From positions 62,001 to 126,000 of the forward strand of contig ADNK01000506.1 of assembly GCA_000320545.1 (NCBI GenBank): DNA of 64,000 bases, in the 5' to 3' direction. A program made the position numbers and the translations under genes. Positions 1 through 12,926 of this stretch are shown here, piece after piece; the first letter of the stretch is position 1, and each line of letters begins with the position of its first letter. The DNA is from Bigelowiella natans CCMP2755 (taxonomy: Eukaryota; Protista; Cercozoa). The notes under the pieces were generated by a model. It had not been told where the DNA came from. It searched no databases and worked only from the letters and a program-made list of their open reading frames with translations.

Positions 1-162
1 AAGATATCATTTTGATCTCTTCTCCACCTGTCTAGATAAGGATAAGAAGGAGAAGAAGAAGGATTAAACATATAATTTTTAATACAAATTGGTGGCTGGC
101 AATTGCCGACAGTAGGATCTAATAATATCTAAATTTCCATACCGTGTGTTTATTTGTCTTAG

Positions 163-746
163 GTTTATGATAGTGAATCTGAGACGTACCAAACGCTTTG
201 TCGATGTAGTAAACTACAGCATACATCGTCGTAGCTGCATACAATTGAACATATGTATTTTCATATATTATTGTCACGTATTCCTTTCTGGTTTAATCGA
301 GTAAAGTGATTGAGTTGCCGTGTCCAAAAATCACTATGTAGGTATGAGTGGTTTCACGGATGAGTTCTACAAAAGCCAGACAGAATATTATAAACAGCAC
401 ATCATCAAACCAGAACCATTCGTTTTAAGAGGCGAAAATCCGTCTGTCTGGTTTAAACCCTTACAGGTCGATCTGTTGGTTCATGCAGAACAATGAAAAG
501 TATTTTTCTTTTTCATTTCAATTTACATGTAGATTATGTGTATAGGTTTGGGAAATTCGAGGCGCTGAATTGACTGTATCTCCTGTACACAAAGCTGCTG
601 AGGGTCTTCTATCCACACACCCAGGGAAAGGGCTTTCAATTCGTTTTCCACGTTTCATAAAAGTCCGAACAGATCGGGATGTGACTGACACCACATCACC
701 AGAACAACTTGTGAATCTTTTTAGTTCGCAGTATCGTCGTTTGTAA
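163..746 (+). CDS. ATP-dependent DNA ligase, C-terminal OB-fold exons (LIG1 family, LIG6-like signature); 5' part lies outside the window
   Basis: Exons ~163-205, 342-466 and 546-746 splice (GT-AG) to VYDSESETYQTLCRCMSGFTDEFY...[27 protein letters not shown]...GKGLSIRFPRFIKVRTDR...*; RFPRF..R.D is ligase motif VI. Confidence 0.9.
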
Positions 747-1450
747 TGAACGCGTTGTCATGTGTTCAGCGTTACGTTTGAGCCACGAGTTTTGTTGTTT
801 CTTCATGGATCAGCGCATCATGCACGCCACATTTTGATGTGTCATGCAAAAAGCTTCAGCGTTACACTGACAAGCACTGTCTGCATTGGTTCAATCATTG
901 CATGTTCCTAGATTCTAGCTGTTTCGCTAGTTCGGCGGGGTCGTGAATGCCAAAATGTGTTGAATGTTGCAATCTGTCACCAGCACATACTTGACACATC
1001 TAGCTCATCTCTAGCTAAACAAAATTGATTGATTCTGGCTAGCTAGCCAGTGGCTTTGCAAATCCATTGCACAGCTAGACAACTCTAGAGCTAGCCAGCT
1101 AGCGAACACGAGTTTCATTCCTAGCATTGTTCAACTGTGAGATGCGTCAACAAAGAAGATCAATGAAATCATCTAGATGTGCGCAGAAACATGCAAGCTC
1201 TTTTGTGAAATTAACTTCTTCTTAGTAGAAGGCCCCATGGGCGCAAATTGACATGTCTAGTCTAGAAGTGAGCACTAAACACAAGCTTTTCTTGAGCATC
1301 CCACCTACGCCAAGCAGACGCAGCAGCAACATCTTCTTTTGCGTGAGCCATCCATTCTGGCCTTTCTTTGTGTTGGGCTCAACATGTGTGTCAGATGCAC
1401 GAGTACTTCCTTTTCACTTGTTGCAGCATCACAGGCTGGCTGAACAAATG
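747..1450. other. TpA-skewed, CTAG-rich intergenic island (convergent spacer)
   Basis: Manual count: 25 TA, 15 of them in CTAG, in ~700 bp. Confidence 0.85.
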
Positions 1451-1501
1451 TTGTAGAGGATCGCCGTGATGAAAGTGTTTGATCTTTATGGACTGTCCGT
1501 T

Positions 1502-3872
1502 TCACGTCATAGTTGCAACTGCTACCCCATGAACGAAATTTTTCAAACGCGTGTGGTGTCTGTGCACGATTTATCATTAGAAAATTAAAAATAGTCTTGC
1601 ATCGAGCAAAATATTTGTGAATCTACTGACGATGTTGGTGCTCGTTCAAGAGCAGATCGCAATTTAGCACAAGCAAGGTCCAGGTCTAAACATTGCACCA
1701 CCCTATTTGTAGAACGAACTTCCCAAATGCAATTCTCAATGATCAGAATGTACTTACCAACATCAAGAGCTAGGGACTGTCGAATGTGGCTACAAACTTT
1801 TCGAGAATCCTTTAAGCCTGCAAACATCTAGGTGCAGACGCCAATTTCATTTTGGAAAAGTGAAACGAAGAACGATTGAGACCTTCGACACAAAATGAGC
1901 AATAGGTTTGTGATTCTTCACAAGAGCGCGGAAAGCCAGCAGCGAGGTGTCGACGAAATTGTGCCAATATAGACTTTCATTAAAGGTATTTTTAGTTGTG
2001 GAATACATTGGAAAATTTGTTACTACCCCATTGCTTGGTAAAGCTTCCTAGTTGTGGCGAACCTGGACATGGTGTGTGTTGCAGGAAGATAAGATAATTA
2101 ATGAACTCAACACATTTTACCGAGACGTATCCAGCGTAGGTTTATCCCCAAACATAAATCTAATGTTCATTTCGGAACATCATTAATCGCATGAATCAAG
2201 ACTTGCACACATTGCACACAAGATGATTCTTGCAATTTACCCAAAGTCAACATGAGCCAGAGATCCATTCTGATTCACCTACCATTTCATAGGTCTTTTG
2301 AAAAAGACAAACTGTATGATGAAGGAGAAGTACTAGAATGTTGTCGTGATGGCGGTCGCGAATTCCCAAGACATATGCGCTAATGTGTGATCTGTACGAC
2401 ATATGGAAATAAAGTCAGTCGCTATAAAATTTATTATTTTCATCCTTACCCAACGGCAGTCGCGATAAGAACATCTAGTGCACCCGTACGGAAGTGTCCA
2501 ATAAGTTTCTCGATGTCTACTAATGGCACACTCCCGCTCACATATTCAATTGCACCTTGCCTGTAGCATGTAGGGACCTGTATAGAGCACTCTTTTTATA
2601 TTTTTAGACCTTTATGATTTGAATTTAATCGTACTACCACATTGTAAACGTGAGCATGGACATTTATTGCATTAAACTTTAATCCTTAAATATCAATATA
2701 CCTGACATTTTTAAAGAACACAATTGAAAGCTCCAAATCCACCTTCTTTTTCCCAGATGTAATTGAAGAGGCGAAAGCAAGATAGCACTGCCAAGTCCAA
2801 TCTTAAGTCATCCCCGACCTATAAACTTCTGTTTTAACGAATTAAATTTTCACGTTTTAGATTACTACCTTGTAAATAAACCTAAGACCTTTTTGTTTAG
2901 TTTCCAAACTTGGTTGAGTCTCCCAATCTCCCCCAACCTTATTACATTGAATCTAATCGCATCGAAATTTGGATTCAGTACATTGGCATACCGTAACTAA
3001 AGCTGGCTTCAACTTCGATTTATAAACTTGTAGAACAGTGATACTTGTCAACTGGAATCAAGAGAAGAAATTATTAAGTGACAAGATGGATGGTTATTTC
3101 TAACCATTTACCCGATATTCAGAAAAGAATGGATGGTAGACATGGTCGCTTGGACCTAAATATGAATAGAAAACTTCTGATTCAAATACGCTTTGAAGGT
3201 GTATTAGTACCAATTTCGGCTCTGTACTCTCTTTTCCTTTTGAAATTTACTCCTGAAGTGAATCACAAATGGAAATTATTGGATTCGATGCTTCGTAAAA
3301 ATGTTCTAAGATTTTCAACCAAATTCACCAAACCAACGATGACCAGTTACTGTTACTCTGATTGTACATTATGAATTTATGAATGTACAAAATGTTCTTC
3401 AATTCACATTATGTTGGCCTCATTACTGTCTGATGATCCTCTTTGTATCATGAACGTCAACACTTGTATCTTCTTCGTTTGCTACAATTCCTTCATTTTG
3501 TTGTCTAGTTTGCTTTGTAAAACGATCCAGAGTGTCATCCTGAGAAAACTAAATCAGCCCAAAAAATTATCTATAAAGTTCTGGTGACCTTTGTTGCACC
3601 CTCACTGCTATCATTTGCTTGCGATATGGTGTCTATTGTATTGCACACATTGTTATCTTCAAACCAAATAGCCGTGATTTTGTGCCAACCGTTGTCAAAG
3701 GTAAATAAGGTTTTTTTGAATGCACGCGTTTGTCTCTTTAATCGTCTAGGCGTCGGTGTACGAGAATTTTTCCTTGCTTCTTGGATTTCTTCGAAAATTT
3801 CGGAGAAGATGTTCATATCCTCGTACACCTTTCTGCAGTAGATATTGTTTCACAATCCTACCAACTTCTGCA

Positions 3873-3914
<42 letters not shown>

Positions 3915-5250
3915 TCCACTACCCCTCCATGGACAAGAGGACTTCATCATCCTTTGTCCTGAGGTAGCAAATGATCATTGGAATCATCTACAACGTACCT
4001 TTAACATTACCGTGAGGCACTAAGACCAAAGATATTAGTCATGCTTCCTGGTTCGCTTCTTCCGCTTGAATTACATCGGTGATGTCCCTTTCTCCTCAAT
4101 TTAGAAATCCCTTTAAGTGATACGCTGCGACTAGGACTGGTACTTTGTCTGCCTGGATTAGTAGATCTCAAATTGTAGCCACGAAGACTCTTATTTCGGG
4201 GAGATGTCAGGGATTTCTCGGTAGACGAGGCTGTTGGAGAATTATTGCGGGATGTAAAGAAAATTCTGTCCTTGATCCTTGATTGGAAGTAGAATTCTAT
4301 CGCCTTTAATGTTGGTTAACGTCATTTTATGATATACTGTTCGATGTCATTTTATTTTTTAACCTGAACAATGGCTTGACTAGAGGCGCATCGACGTTGA
4401 ATAATTTTCTTGATACAAATTTGGACCTAAGGAAAATTACTGGAATATCTATTTTTTTTTTCCTTTTGCTACAATACCTCCGATGGCCAGAAAGTAATTG
4501 TGGAAGCAATCACTGGAATCTCTAGCATTAACTAAAATCATCGATTATTTACACATGTGTGCTAGAAATAGATTTCATAAAATGAGGAAACCTCTGATGC
4601 GGGAGAAGTGTGTAACAATTGAAGCATTTCCTCTTCTCTATTCGGTTCTGTTTTGTTTCCAGAAATGTGCATAGACTATTTACATAAAAAATATAGTAAA
4701 GATTTGAAGATTTATAAATTCAATCTTGAGTTTGATAACCTGAGCACAAGCACATTCAAATATGGTTTTCCGACAATCCTGCTTCACAGTATCGACCTGG
4801 AAAAAATAAACATCACAGTTTTTTGGATCCATCTGTTTACAATCAACATAAAACCTTTTTACCTGCAAGATCTTGTTAAATGTGGTTGATATTCTATATT
4901 TTGCTGAGTTTCTGTCTAATCCTACCAGCAATCTTTGTTCAAGAAACATCGTCATTGCACCGTGAAAATTATTATCCGGATTATCCGAGATTTGAGTGGA
5001 ACGCTGGGTCTTCTTGCTGCTGCTCAGAGTCTCGGAAGCTACATCAGTCTCATTTCCCTCTTTACACACGGGGATCCCACCTTTGTGTTCGTTATTCTCA
5101 GTTCGACTACCCAATTTTTCTCCAACATTAACCAGGTGTCTTAAGGAAACGCATGATATGAAACTGAATCCTGTGTGTAAATATTTAAATCCGTATATTT
5201 TCAACTCAGATAAATAAATTAGTGATCAGGACAAAGTAACTTATATCCGT

Positions 5251-5283
<33 letters not shown>

Positions 5284-8200
5284 CCAAAAACATACTTTTC
5301 ATGTCTCTCAGAGCAAGGACCAATTCTGGGACAAGATCGAGAAATGGGTTCCAGTGACATTTGCCAATGAAAGCTTTCAAAACTTTCAAAAACTCCTGAA
5401 GTCCAATGAGGTTTTGATTTCCGCCTAGAAGCTTGATTTCCGTCGTGCTCATTCCTCCTAAAATGACGTCTGCGCGTGTCAACACAAGATCACCCGTTTC
5501 TTTGTTGACAACGAGATGGGTGGATTTATGGTTCTGAATTCCAAAAATCCAAATTATAGCACAAATCGCTGAAGCACTTGCAATGAAACGGTCTGCATGC
5601 TCTTGCCCCCATCCATGTGTTAAATTATTCCAACTATTTTTCGTGATGAAATTGTGTTTTAGGTCCGTGTAAGAACGTTCGTTTGGGTATTTCAAAATTT
5701 GATCTAAATCCGTCACATGATTGACATCTAGAATAGAGTCCAAAAAGATCGTGTTCTCGAGAGGCTCCATGCATACAAAATCCTTGCGAACCTATTATAT
5801 TTACACCTTCTTTTTAACATTTAATCAAGGCTTGCTTAATTCTTCAGATTTACAGCGGTAGCTCTAGCAATCCTTGCAACGATTGAAGTCGAATGATACG
5901 TCAACCCTAAAATTGTCTACGTTGATATTGATGGCTTGTAAAATTAGCATCTTGTCGACTCGCCAATTTTAATCACAAGAATAATTTATCATTCATTGCA
6001 CTAACCCATATCTTTCCAGATACTGTTAGCAATCAACACTAATGGACGTAATGCAACAAGCTTGTCCAATCCTAGATCTCTCTGATGACATTGTCATGGA
6101 TACATTGAATTCAATGTCTATTGATGGACGACTTTCTTTACCTCCCTCCGGTCAAATACCATTCGAATCATTTGGGTCTGATTAGTTTTCAAATTATTGA
6201 ATAAAGTTCTATGAATTAAAGGCATAGATACCTCTGTAGCTGCTTTTGTATTTGCTAGTTGCAGTGCTGTGACTAGATCCTATTGATACGGGATAGAGTA
6301 CTTTTTTTAACTGGTGAACATATTCGAATAGTTTGGTATCGCCTAAATGAATTTCATGTAACCTTCTGCTCTCGTTCTTTGATTTTTTTGGTCTCGAACC
6401 ACTCTCGTAAAAGTTTCACTGTAACATTCAATAATGAACATGGGCATCCTGAGGATAAATTGAACTCTTTACTCTTCATACCTTGACGGTTCTTTCGATT
6501 TATTGTTGTAGCGTCGGACGTTAGATTGAGGGAGACACTTACAAACAAACGGCGAGCCAACAAGAATGCAAATGGATTTGTGATGGCAGGAAAAATAATT
6601 AGAGCAAAGACTGGAACCTTGACCGAAATGCAGAGAGCTCACGTGATAGCTGTAATAATGTTTCCATTGGAATGAAAATTGCCTCGTTGCTTCCTACAGA
6701 AGAGCAATTGAATAAAACTTTAAGTTCAATCGATTTCGTATTATACCGAAACTCTCTCGTTTTATGACGGGGTTTGGTGATTCCAAGAATGCGGTAAGAT
6801 GTTTTAAAGCTCCTGCCTTATAATATAGAAAACACTATGTGTCAGAGTAATTTGCCACTATTTAACTATGAAATACCTCTAAAAGATTGACCAGTTGAAA
6901 ATTTCTGCCTGAAGCAGCAAAAAGAATGAAGAACAGGTATACTATCTGATCAATTAGATACCTCCTCTAGGGCGTATCTTGGGTGGCTTCATTTCTAATA
7001 GAACACTTCCCCTGAACCAATCCTGCTTCACAGTAATAATGGGATTGAAAAGGAAAACACTCTCAGTTGAAAGCCCGATATTAAGGTACTGTCAACAAAA
7101 CTTACGTGTGCTGAATCAACTTTTCCTCTTTCTGGAAGTAGCGAAACACCTAGATAACAAAGGTGCTTATTTGTCCAGCGATATTACATGTTTATATCAT
7201 ACTTGCAATTCTCTGGCATTTGAATGGATGATAAACAACGCCTTCAGGATTTAAATGTCTTCGCGACTTTATCGGTCCCCCAGTCCTTGCTCTGATGTTG
7301 TTATAATTTTACTCCTCACTCGACTATTTACATTGAATGCCTATTATTTTTCGTTTACTTTTCATGGATCTTTCCAAACCAATCGAGGCTGTCGAGAACA
7401 TCTTGAGATACATTAACCTTTTCTAGAATTTTCCAGCCCTGATAGGAAAGAGTCAAAATGTTTCTGAAAAAAAACTGCATTGCCAGACCTTTAATTTTAT
7501 TTGTTCTCCATAGCATGTGTCGGCTTTGACTGCTGCTACATTACTGGATTCATTTTTGCTTAAATTGTACTTTCTTTGCTTTGATTCGTCTTTTTGTTGG
7601 TCGAGGTTGCTTTGCATAGTAAGATCTTTCGGTAGAATCATCTGTACTGAAGTACTTCTATTCTGGAATCCAATTTCAAGGTATCATTTGATCTATCAAG
7701 ATTGCGATACTAAAGCTTACTTACACGAGTGATGCCGGGCAAGCCGTTAGAGGTTTTTGTTTGGAGAATTTGATTGGTCGAAAGTGATTTCATGAATGCA
7801 ATGTTTTGCCCAACGTAAAGGCTTGAAATGATATATCAGTTATTAGAAAAGGAAACACTGATATATTCAATAGTGAATCATGGACCTATCCATAGCACGC
7901 TGGCTCAGAATAGAGATTACTTTGTTGCCCCTGAAGTGGCAGGTGATATCATCTTATTTCAGTGTATATGTGCACAGTATCAACGAATACGTCTACACAA
8001 ATACATTGCAGGTCGTAAAGTTGAGATGACAGATGCCAATGTCGGTAGAAGATCACAAATTTCCTGTTCATCACAGCTCTCCACCTGTAAGAAAAAATAA
8101 TGCGATTTCGGAATATAGCGTGCTTGACATATCGACATTCCAAATTAGGACCGCTAGAGCGATATCTTCTTCACTATAATTTCCTTTCAACTGAGAAATT

Positions 8201-8770
8201 TTAAGTCAATAGTAACAAATTACGTAGTATCAGAATCTATCAAACCTTATCTAGAAGAGATTCTCTCTTCAGGGTCCCACTTGGTTCGTGGTTTTTGGGA
8301 GATCCTTGTTCTTCGGGCTTCCCTTCGGCTCCTATCTTTGATGAGGTGGATTCGTCTTTCATATCATTGGGTACTACTTCGGTAATGCTGCTAATCTCAA
8401 AATTAATTTTTTTGGGCTCTGGACGCGGTCGTGGTGACAGTCTCAAAATTCTCAAAGATGTGTCCGATTGCTCAGAGCTTCGCGATTGAAGCCCGTGTTG
8501 TATTTTCTGAGAAGCCATTGGTGGTGTTGGAGTAGTAGTAATATCATTAATTATTAATGTGTCAGTAGTTTGAGGCCGTGATTCGACATCCTTTTTTGGC
8601 AACTTGAATTTATGAGATGATGAGACTTGCACTGAGGATGTTGATGAAGAAGAGGCGGGAACCTCTTGATTGGGTCCTGTGCCTTCGCTTGAATTCCCAG
8701 GAATGCAATGTTGAGACTTGTTATCTCCATCAGCATGACTTCCCCGCTGCTTAGAAGCTCCAGTGCCCAT
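1502..8770 (-). CDS. Multi-exon PI3K/PI4K-family protein with N-terminal MGxxxS motif, an internal degenerate kinase domain and an intact C-terminal kinase domain
   Basis: C-terminal exons (~1502-3050) give VYKSKLKPALV, FIYKVGDDLRLD, QGAIEYV, AYVLGIRDRHHDNILV, AHVDFGFMFG, FATTRKLYQAMG and TRLKNFVH...*. A second kinase-like region lies at ~5290-6180. Start MGTGAS at 8770; that all exons belong to one gene is inferred. Confidence 0.75.
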
Positions 8771-8971
8771 TTTGTCACAAAAGCTGAATTGCTCTTATTT
8801 TGTTGGTACATATTTGTTTGTGTCGTGACCTAAAAATGGATTGCATTTTCGCTAGATCTGAGTACAAACCTAGAAAATATTAAAGCGGTCATAATATACA
8901 TGTATGTACAGTAGTAGTCTTATTAGTACACAGAAACGAGCAACCTCATCTCTTCTTCTGCTTCTTCTTTC

Positions 8972-11963
8972 ATGGGAAACTGCTGCGCAGGGAGACAGGT
9001 TCACATTAGAAACTCTTCTGATGGGTTCAAACACGATGTCACATACAGTGACCTACATACCAGTCATTATGGCTTAAAAAAAACTAGTGTTGCAGACCAA
9101 AAGCAATTATTGAAGGAGGAAGGGGTGAGTAAATGTGTAAATACGTACAGATTTTGCTCCACATTGACTAAAAGGAACAAAGCAGCTTTAGTATCTACTG
9201 TCGCATCACATAATACCTCATTTCTGCATTTACACAGCAGAGCATTCGTGCTTATTCGACAGCTGAAGATGTTATCAGTGTGGAGAGCAATAACATGTGT
9301 GATCCTCCCAGCTCGGAGGAAGGTGGTAATGTAACTAATTTGGGAAATAGTCAAATTCCACCGCCTCCAGGGAATGGAATCCCACCGCTAGGCACGGGAA
9401 TTCCACCACCTCCAGGAATTCTCCCAGTGAGGAATCATTACAAAAGATCATGAACCATTTTCATAGCCTTCACACTTTTTAGCCTCCCCCAAGTTTGGCC
9501 TTGCCCTCCTTTGGATCAACTAATGCAGCTTCGAATATTCGCGCGGGACCTAAGATTCGGCGAATACATTATGAATCCATTCAAGGGAAAGTTACGAAGG
9601 TTTGTTATTAAAGCTACCACCCCGTGAGGATCAATTCGATGTTTAATTCTCAGGGAACTGTGTTTGCTCGCCAAGAAAGTGTTAGAATGTAATAGATTGT
9701 CTACACTTTCATACACTTGTCACTAATACCTGTAAATCATGCACATCTCAGGGATGAAAATTTTGAGAAATGGGTCCTTGATAGTTTTACTATTGAGGAA
9801 AAAAGTAAGAAGAGGCATAGTTCTGTTGTGGAGAAGAAAAGTATTAATAAGAAGGTACGTTATTACCAACCGATCTAACATGCTCAATTTCTGTATAATC
9901 CTATTTATCATAAGGTGCTCTCCGTGAAACGGCGGCAAAATGTTTCTATTCCATTAAAATCAATGGGAATTTCAGCTTCGGAAATATTAAATGCGTTGAC
10001 AGAGATGGAGACTGGCATACTTACAGAAGAAAATCTTGAGGTATGTTTTTGTATTTTTCATTCACAACAAAGATTTAATATTTTCCGTTGCAGCGAATTC
10101 AAGCAATTTATCCGACGGATAAGGAGTTGAAGGAAATCAAGATGGTATATCAGCTTTAGTTTCTTTCGTTGTCATAAATAGTACAGCCATGTGAGAAATT
10201 TTGCGTAATTTAGACAATGAAGCTACTTACACGCCGCAAATATCCCAGGACAAAAAATGCTGTCGAAGTTGATAAGCTTGTTGTTGAGCTTTTACCAATG
10301 GAAGAAAAGTTAATGGTATGTCTGAGAGATTTAATTTAAGTCATATTCGAAATTGTAATTGTCCGATAATGATGTGTAGGTCAAACTAAGTCGAGTTCCA
10401 AATTGCAAGCAACGAATAAAATTGATGCTTTTCCTTTACTCATACAAATCGGAATATGAAAGGGTTCTTAGAATTCTGAACATCATTCGAAAGGCACAGA
10501 CAAAGGTAATAACACTGCTCGGCTACAAAATTTTGCGTATCAGTAGCACCACTATGATTGATTCTACTTAGGTTGCTGATGCAGCTCAACATGGACACTT
10601 GAGACAGATTCTTTACAACGTGCTTCGCTTCATTAACATGCTTAATAGAACGAAGGTCTCCGTTTTGAGGAGGTGATTTTACACTATTTGCTGAGAAATG
10701 ATCGCATAGGAAATTGGATTTCGAATTTCTACATTGAGTAAACTAGCTGGAACAAAAATGACAAAAGGGCAGGGCTCTCTCATGGATGTTATTGTGATGC
10801 ATTCTACAACATTCAAGAAGGAGGTAAGTTATGACAATAGTGCGCAGATTTACTAAAAGCTTAATATAGATCTCATTTTATTTTCTTATGCCTAGGAAAA
10901 TGGTGATTTTGAAGAAGAGCTTTCTGAACTGGAAGATGTGTGTGACATCGAGTTCAATGAGATCAAAGTAAATTAAATTTATGTTCAAGAAGACGTTATT
11001 AACGAAAACCTGATTCTCACAGTGTATGGTGAGGGAAATGGAGAAGAGCTATCAGGAAATTAAAGATGTTCTGACTAACAGTGTTGAATCGAAGGTGCTG
11101 CCCTTTATTATAAATATATTTACATTAATAAGGGACTCTTGAAACTTTGTGATTATTTTCTCAGGAAAATAAAAGCTACCTGGATCACCTGCGAAAATTT
11201 GTCAAAATTGAGAACGAACGTTTTGCAAGTTTACAGCGAAGTATCAACGAATGCTGGGAAGATTTTGTCAAACTAAGGACCTACTTCTTCGAACCAGGTC
11301 AGCAGGAACTCTGAACCCTGATTTACTGAATAATTTTTCGTTTCAAATAATTTCACATCAGAAATGAAGATGAATACGTTCTTCAAAGTATTCGTTAACT
11401 TCCGTGAGGATTACAAAAAATGCAAAAGAGAGATGATAGAGAAGAAAGCAAGAGCGGAAAAGCGAAAGAAGGACGCTGAGATGAAAAAGCAACTACGAGC
11501 ACGTAGGAGGTCTGTCTCGCGTTCCCGAACAAGGATGCCTCCCAGCTTCAGAACAACACGAACTCGTTCAAAAAGCGTCACAAGTTTCACTCATGACACG
11601 AGTGTAGTAAAAACTACCGAAAATCTTGATGGAACACTGAACTCGACGCGGGAAACAAAGGAATCGAAAATGTGCATCAGAAAAAATCTAGAAGAATCTA
11701 GACCTGCTAGTAGAAGAGCCAGGCAAGCGAAAAACTCGAAAGAGAAGCCTCTACTCAAAAGATTGATGACTGTAGAAGAAATTCAAGCTGAGGACGAGGA
11801 AGTTCGACTGATGAATGACATGGCATCTAGTCCAAACCCGAATGTACTCAGTGCTAGATTGGACAAGTTTGTTGAGGACAGATTCGCGAATGCAGATACA
11901 CGATCTGTGAGAGCGGGTGTACTCGAATCTTCAATGAAACCACCGCCGGAGAGTGCAATGTAA
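8972..11963 (+). CDS. Formin (short FH1 + FH2) with N-terminal MGNCC acylation motif
   Basis: PPPPGNGIPPLGTGIPPPPG at ~9355-9420; FH2 motifs KRRQNVSIPLK, LTEENLE, YPTDKE, LSRVPNCKQRIKLMLF, GFRISTLSKLAGTK and FFKVFVNFREDYKK; many short GT-AG introns. Confidence 0.85.
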
Positions 11964-12707
11964 ACCTTCGTTCTTTTCGACGATGTTGAACAGATCCGAT
12001 TGGATGTGCGGTCAAAGAATTTGAATGTGTCTAGATGTGAGCACCATGATGACTTGCGATACAGTGAGTGATGATCATGCATGTGGCGGCTTGATGTGCA
12101 CATGAGATGCTGCTCAATGCACAGCTGAACAACAAGCTCTAGCAGCATGTGTAAATGTTTCTCTTGCAATGCAAGCGCTCATTCTGCAGAGTGTGATTTT
12201 TCATTGCTTTCTAGCTTTGACAATACGGTAACATGTGTAAACGACAGGGTTTGTGTTGTTTGAACACATCGATCACAATGTGTACGAACAGCATGCGCGT
12301 TCAAATTCCATGGCTAGATGGCCGCGCACACAGCATTCGGAGACTGCTAGACTGCGGCACGTTTAGTTTAGGTAGACGGAATGCACTAGTGCAGATGATT
12401 GTGCATCCTGCATTATGAAATAATAATGCGGCTAAATTCAATGAGAGCGTTTTGCTTGCAGCAATTCATTTATGGATTACACTTTGGCAAATTTTGCATG
12501 CACACTCAATGGGCGATTGAGTCATTCGCGCGTAGAACTTAGGAATTCTAAATCGTGGAACTACGTGTAATAGTAGTAGTAGTAGTAGTAGTAGTTGTTG
12601 TTGTTGTTGATTGAAATGCTTAAAAGATATTTGGTCAGTAATCTGTCATATTTCGGAGACGGGAACATGTACGCCCATGCTAGGAGCACATACATTCTCA
12701 ATTTCGG

Positions 12708-12891
12708 ATGGGATTGGAATGGATAGAATTCATCAAATTCGAAGCGACTAAGAGAACGTCGACATTGCTCTTCAACAAGATCCTTGGTAAATTGAAGATT
12801 GTAATTCCATCTCCATGGTCCGAGTGTTCAAAAAGTGCTGATGGAATATTTTTCGCATGATTGGTCGGACCAAACAATCTTCTCTACCTCT

Positions 12892-12926
<35 letters not shown>

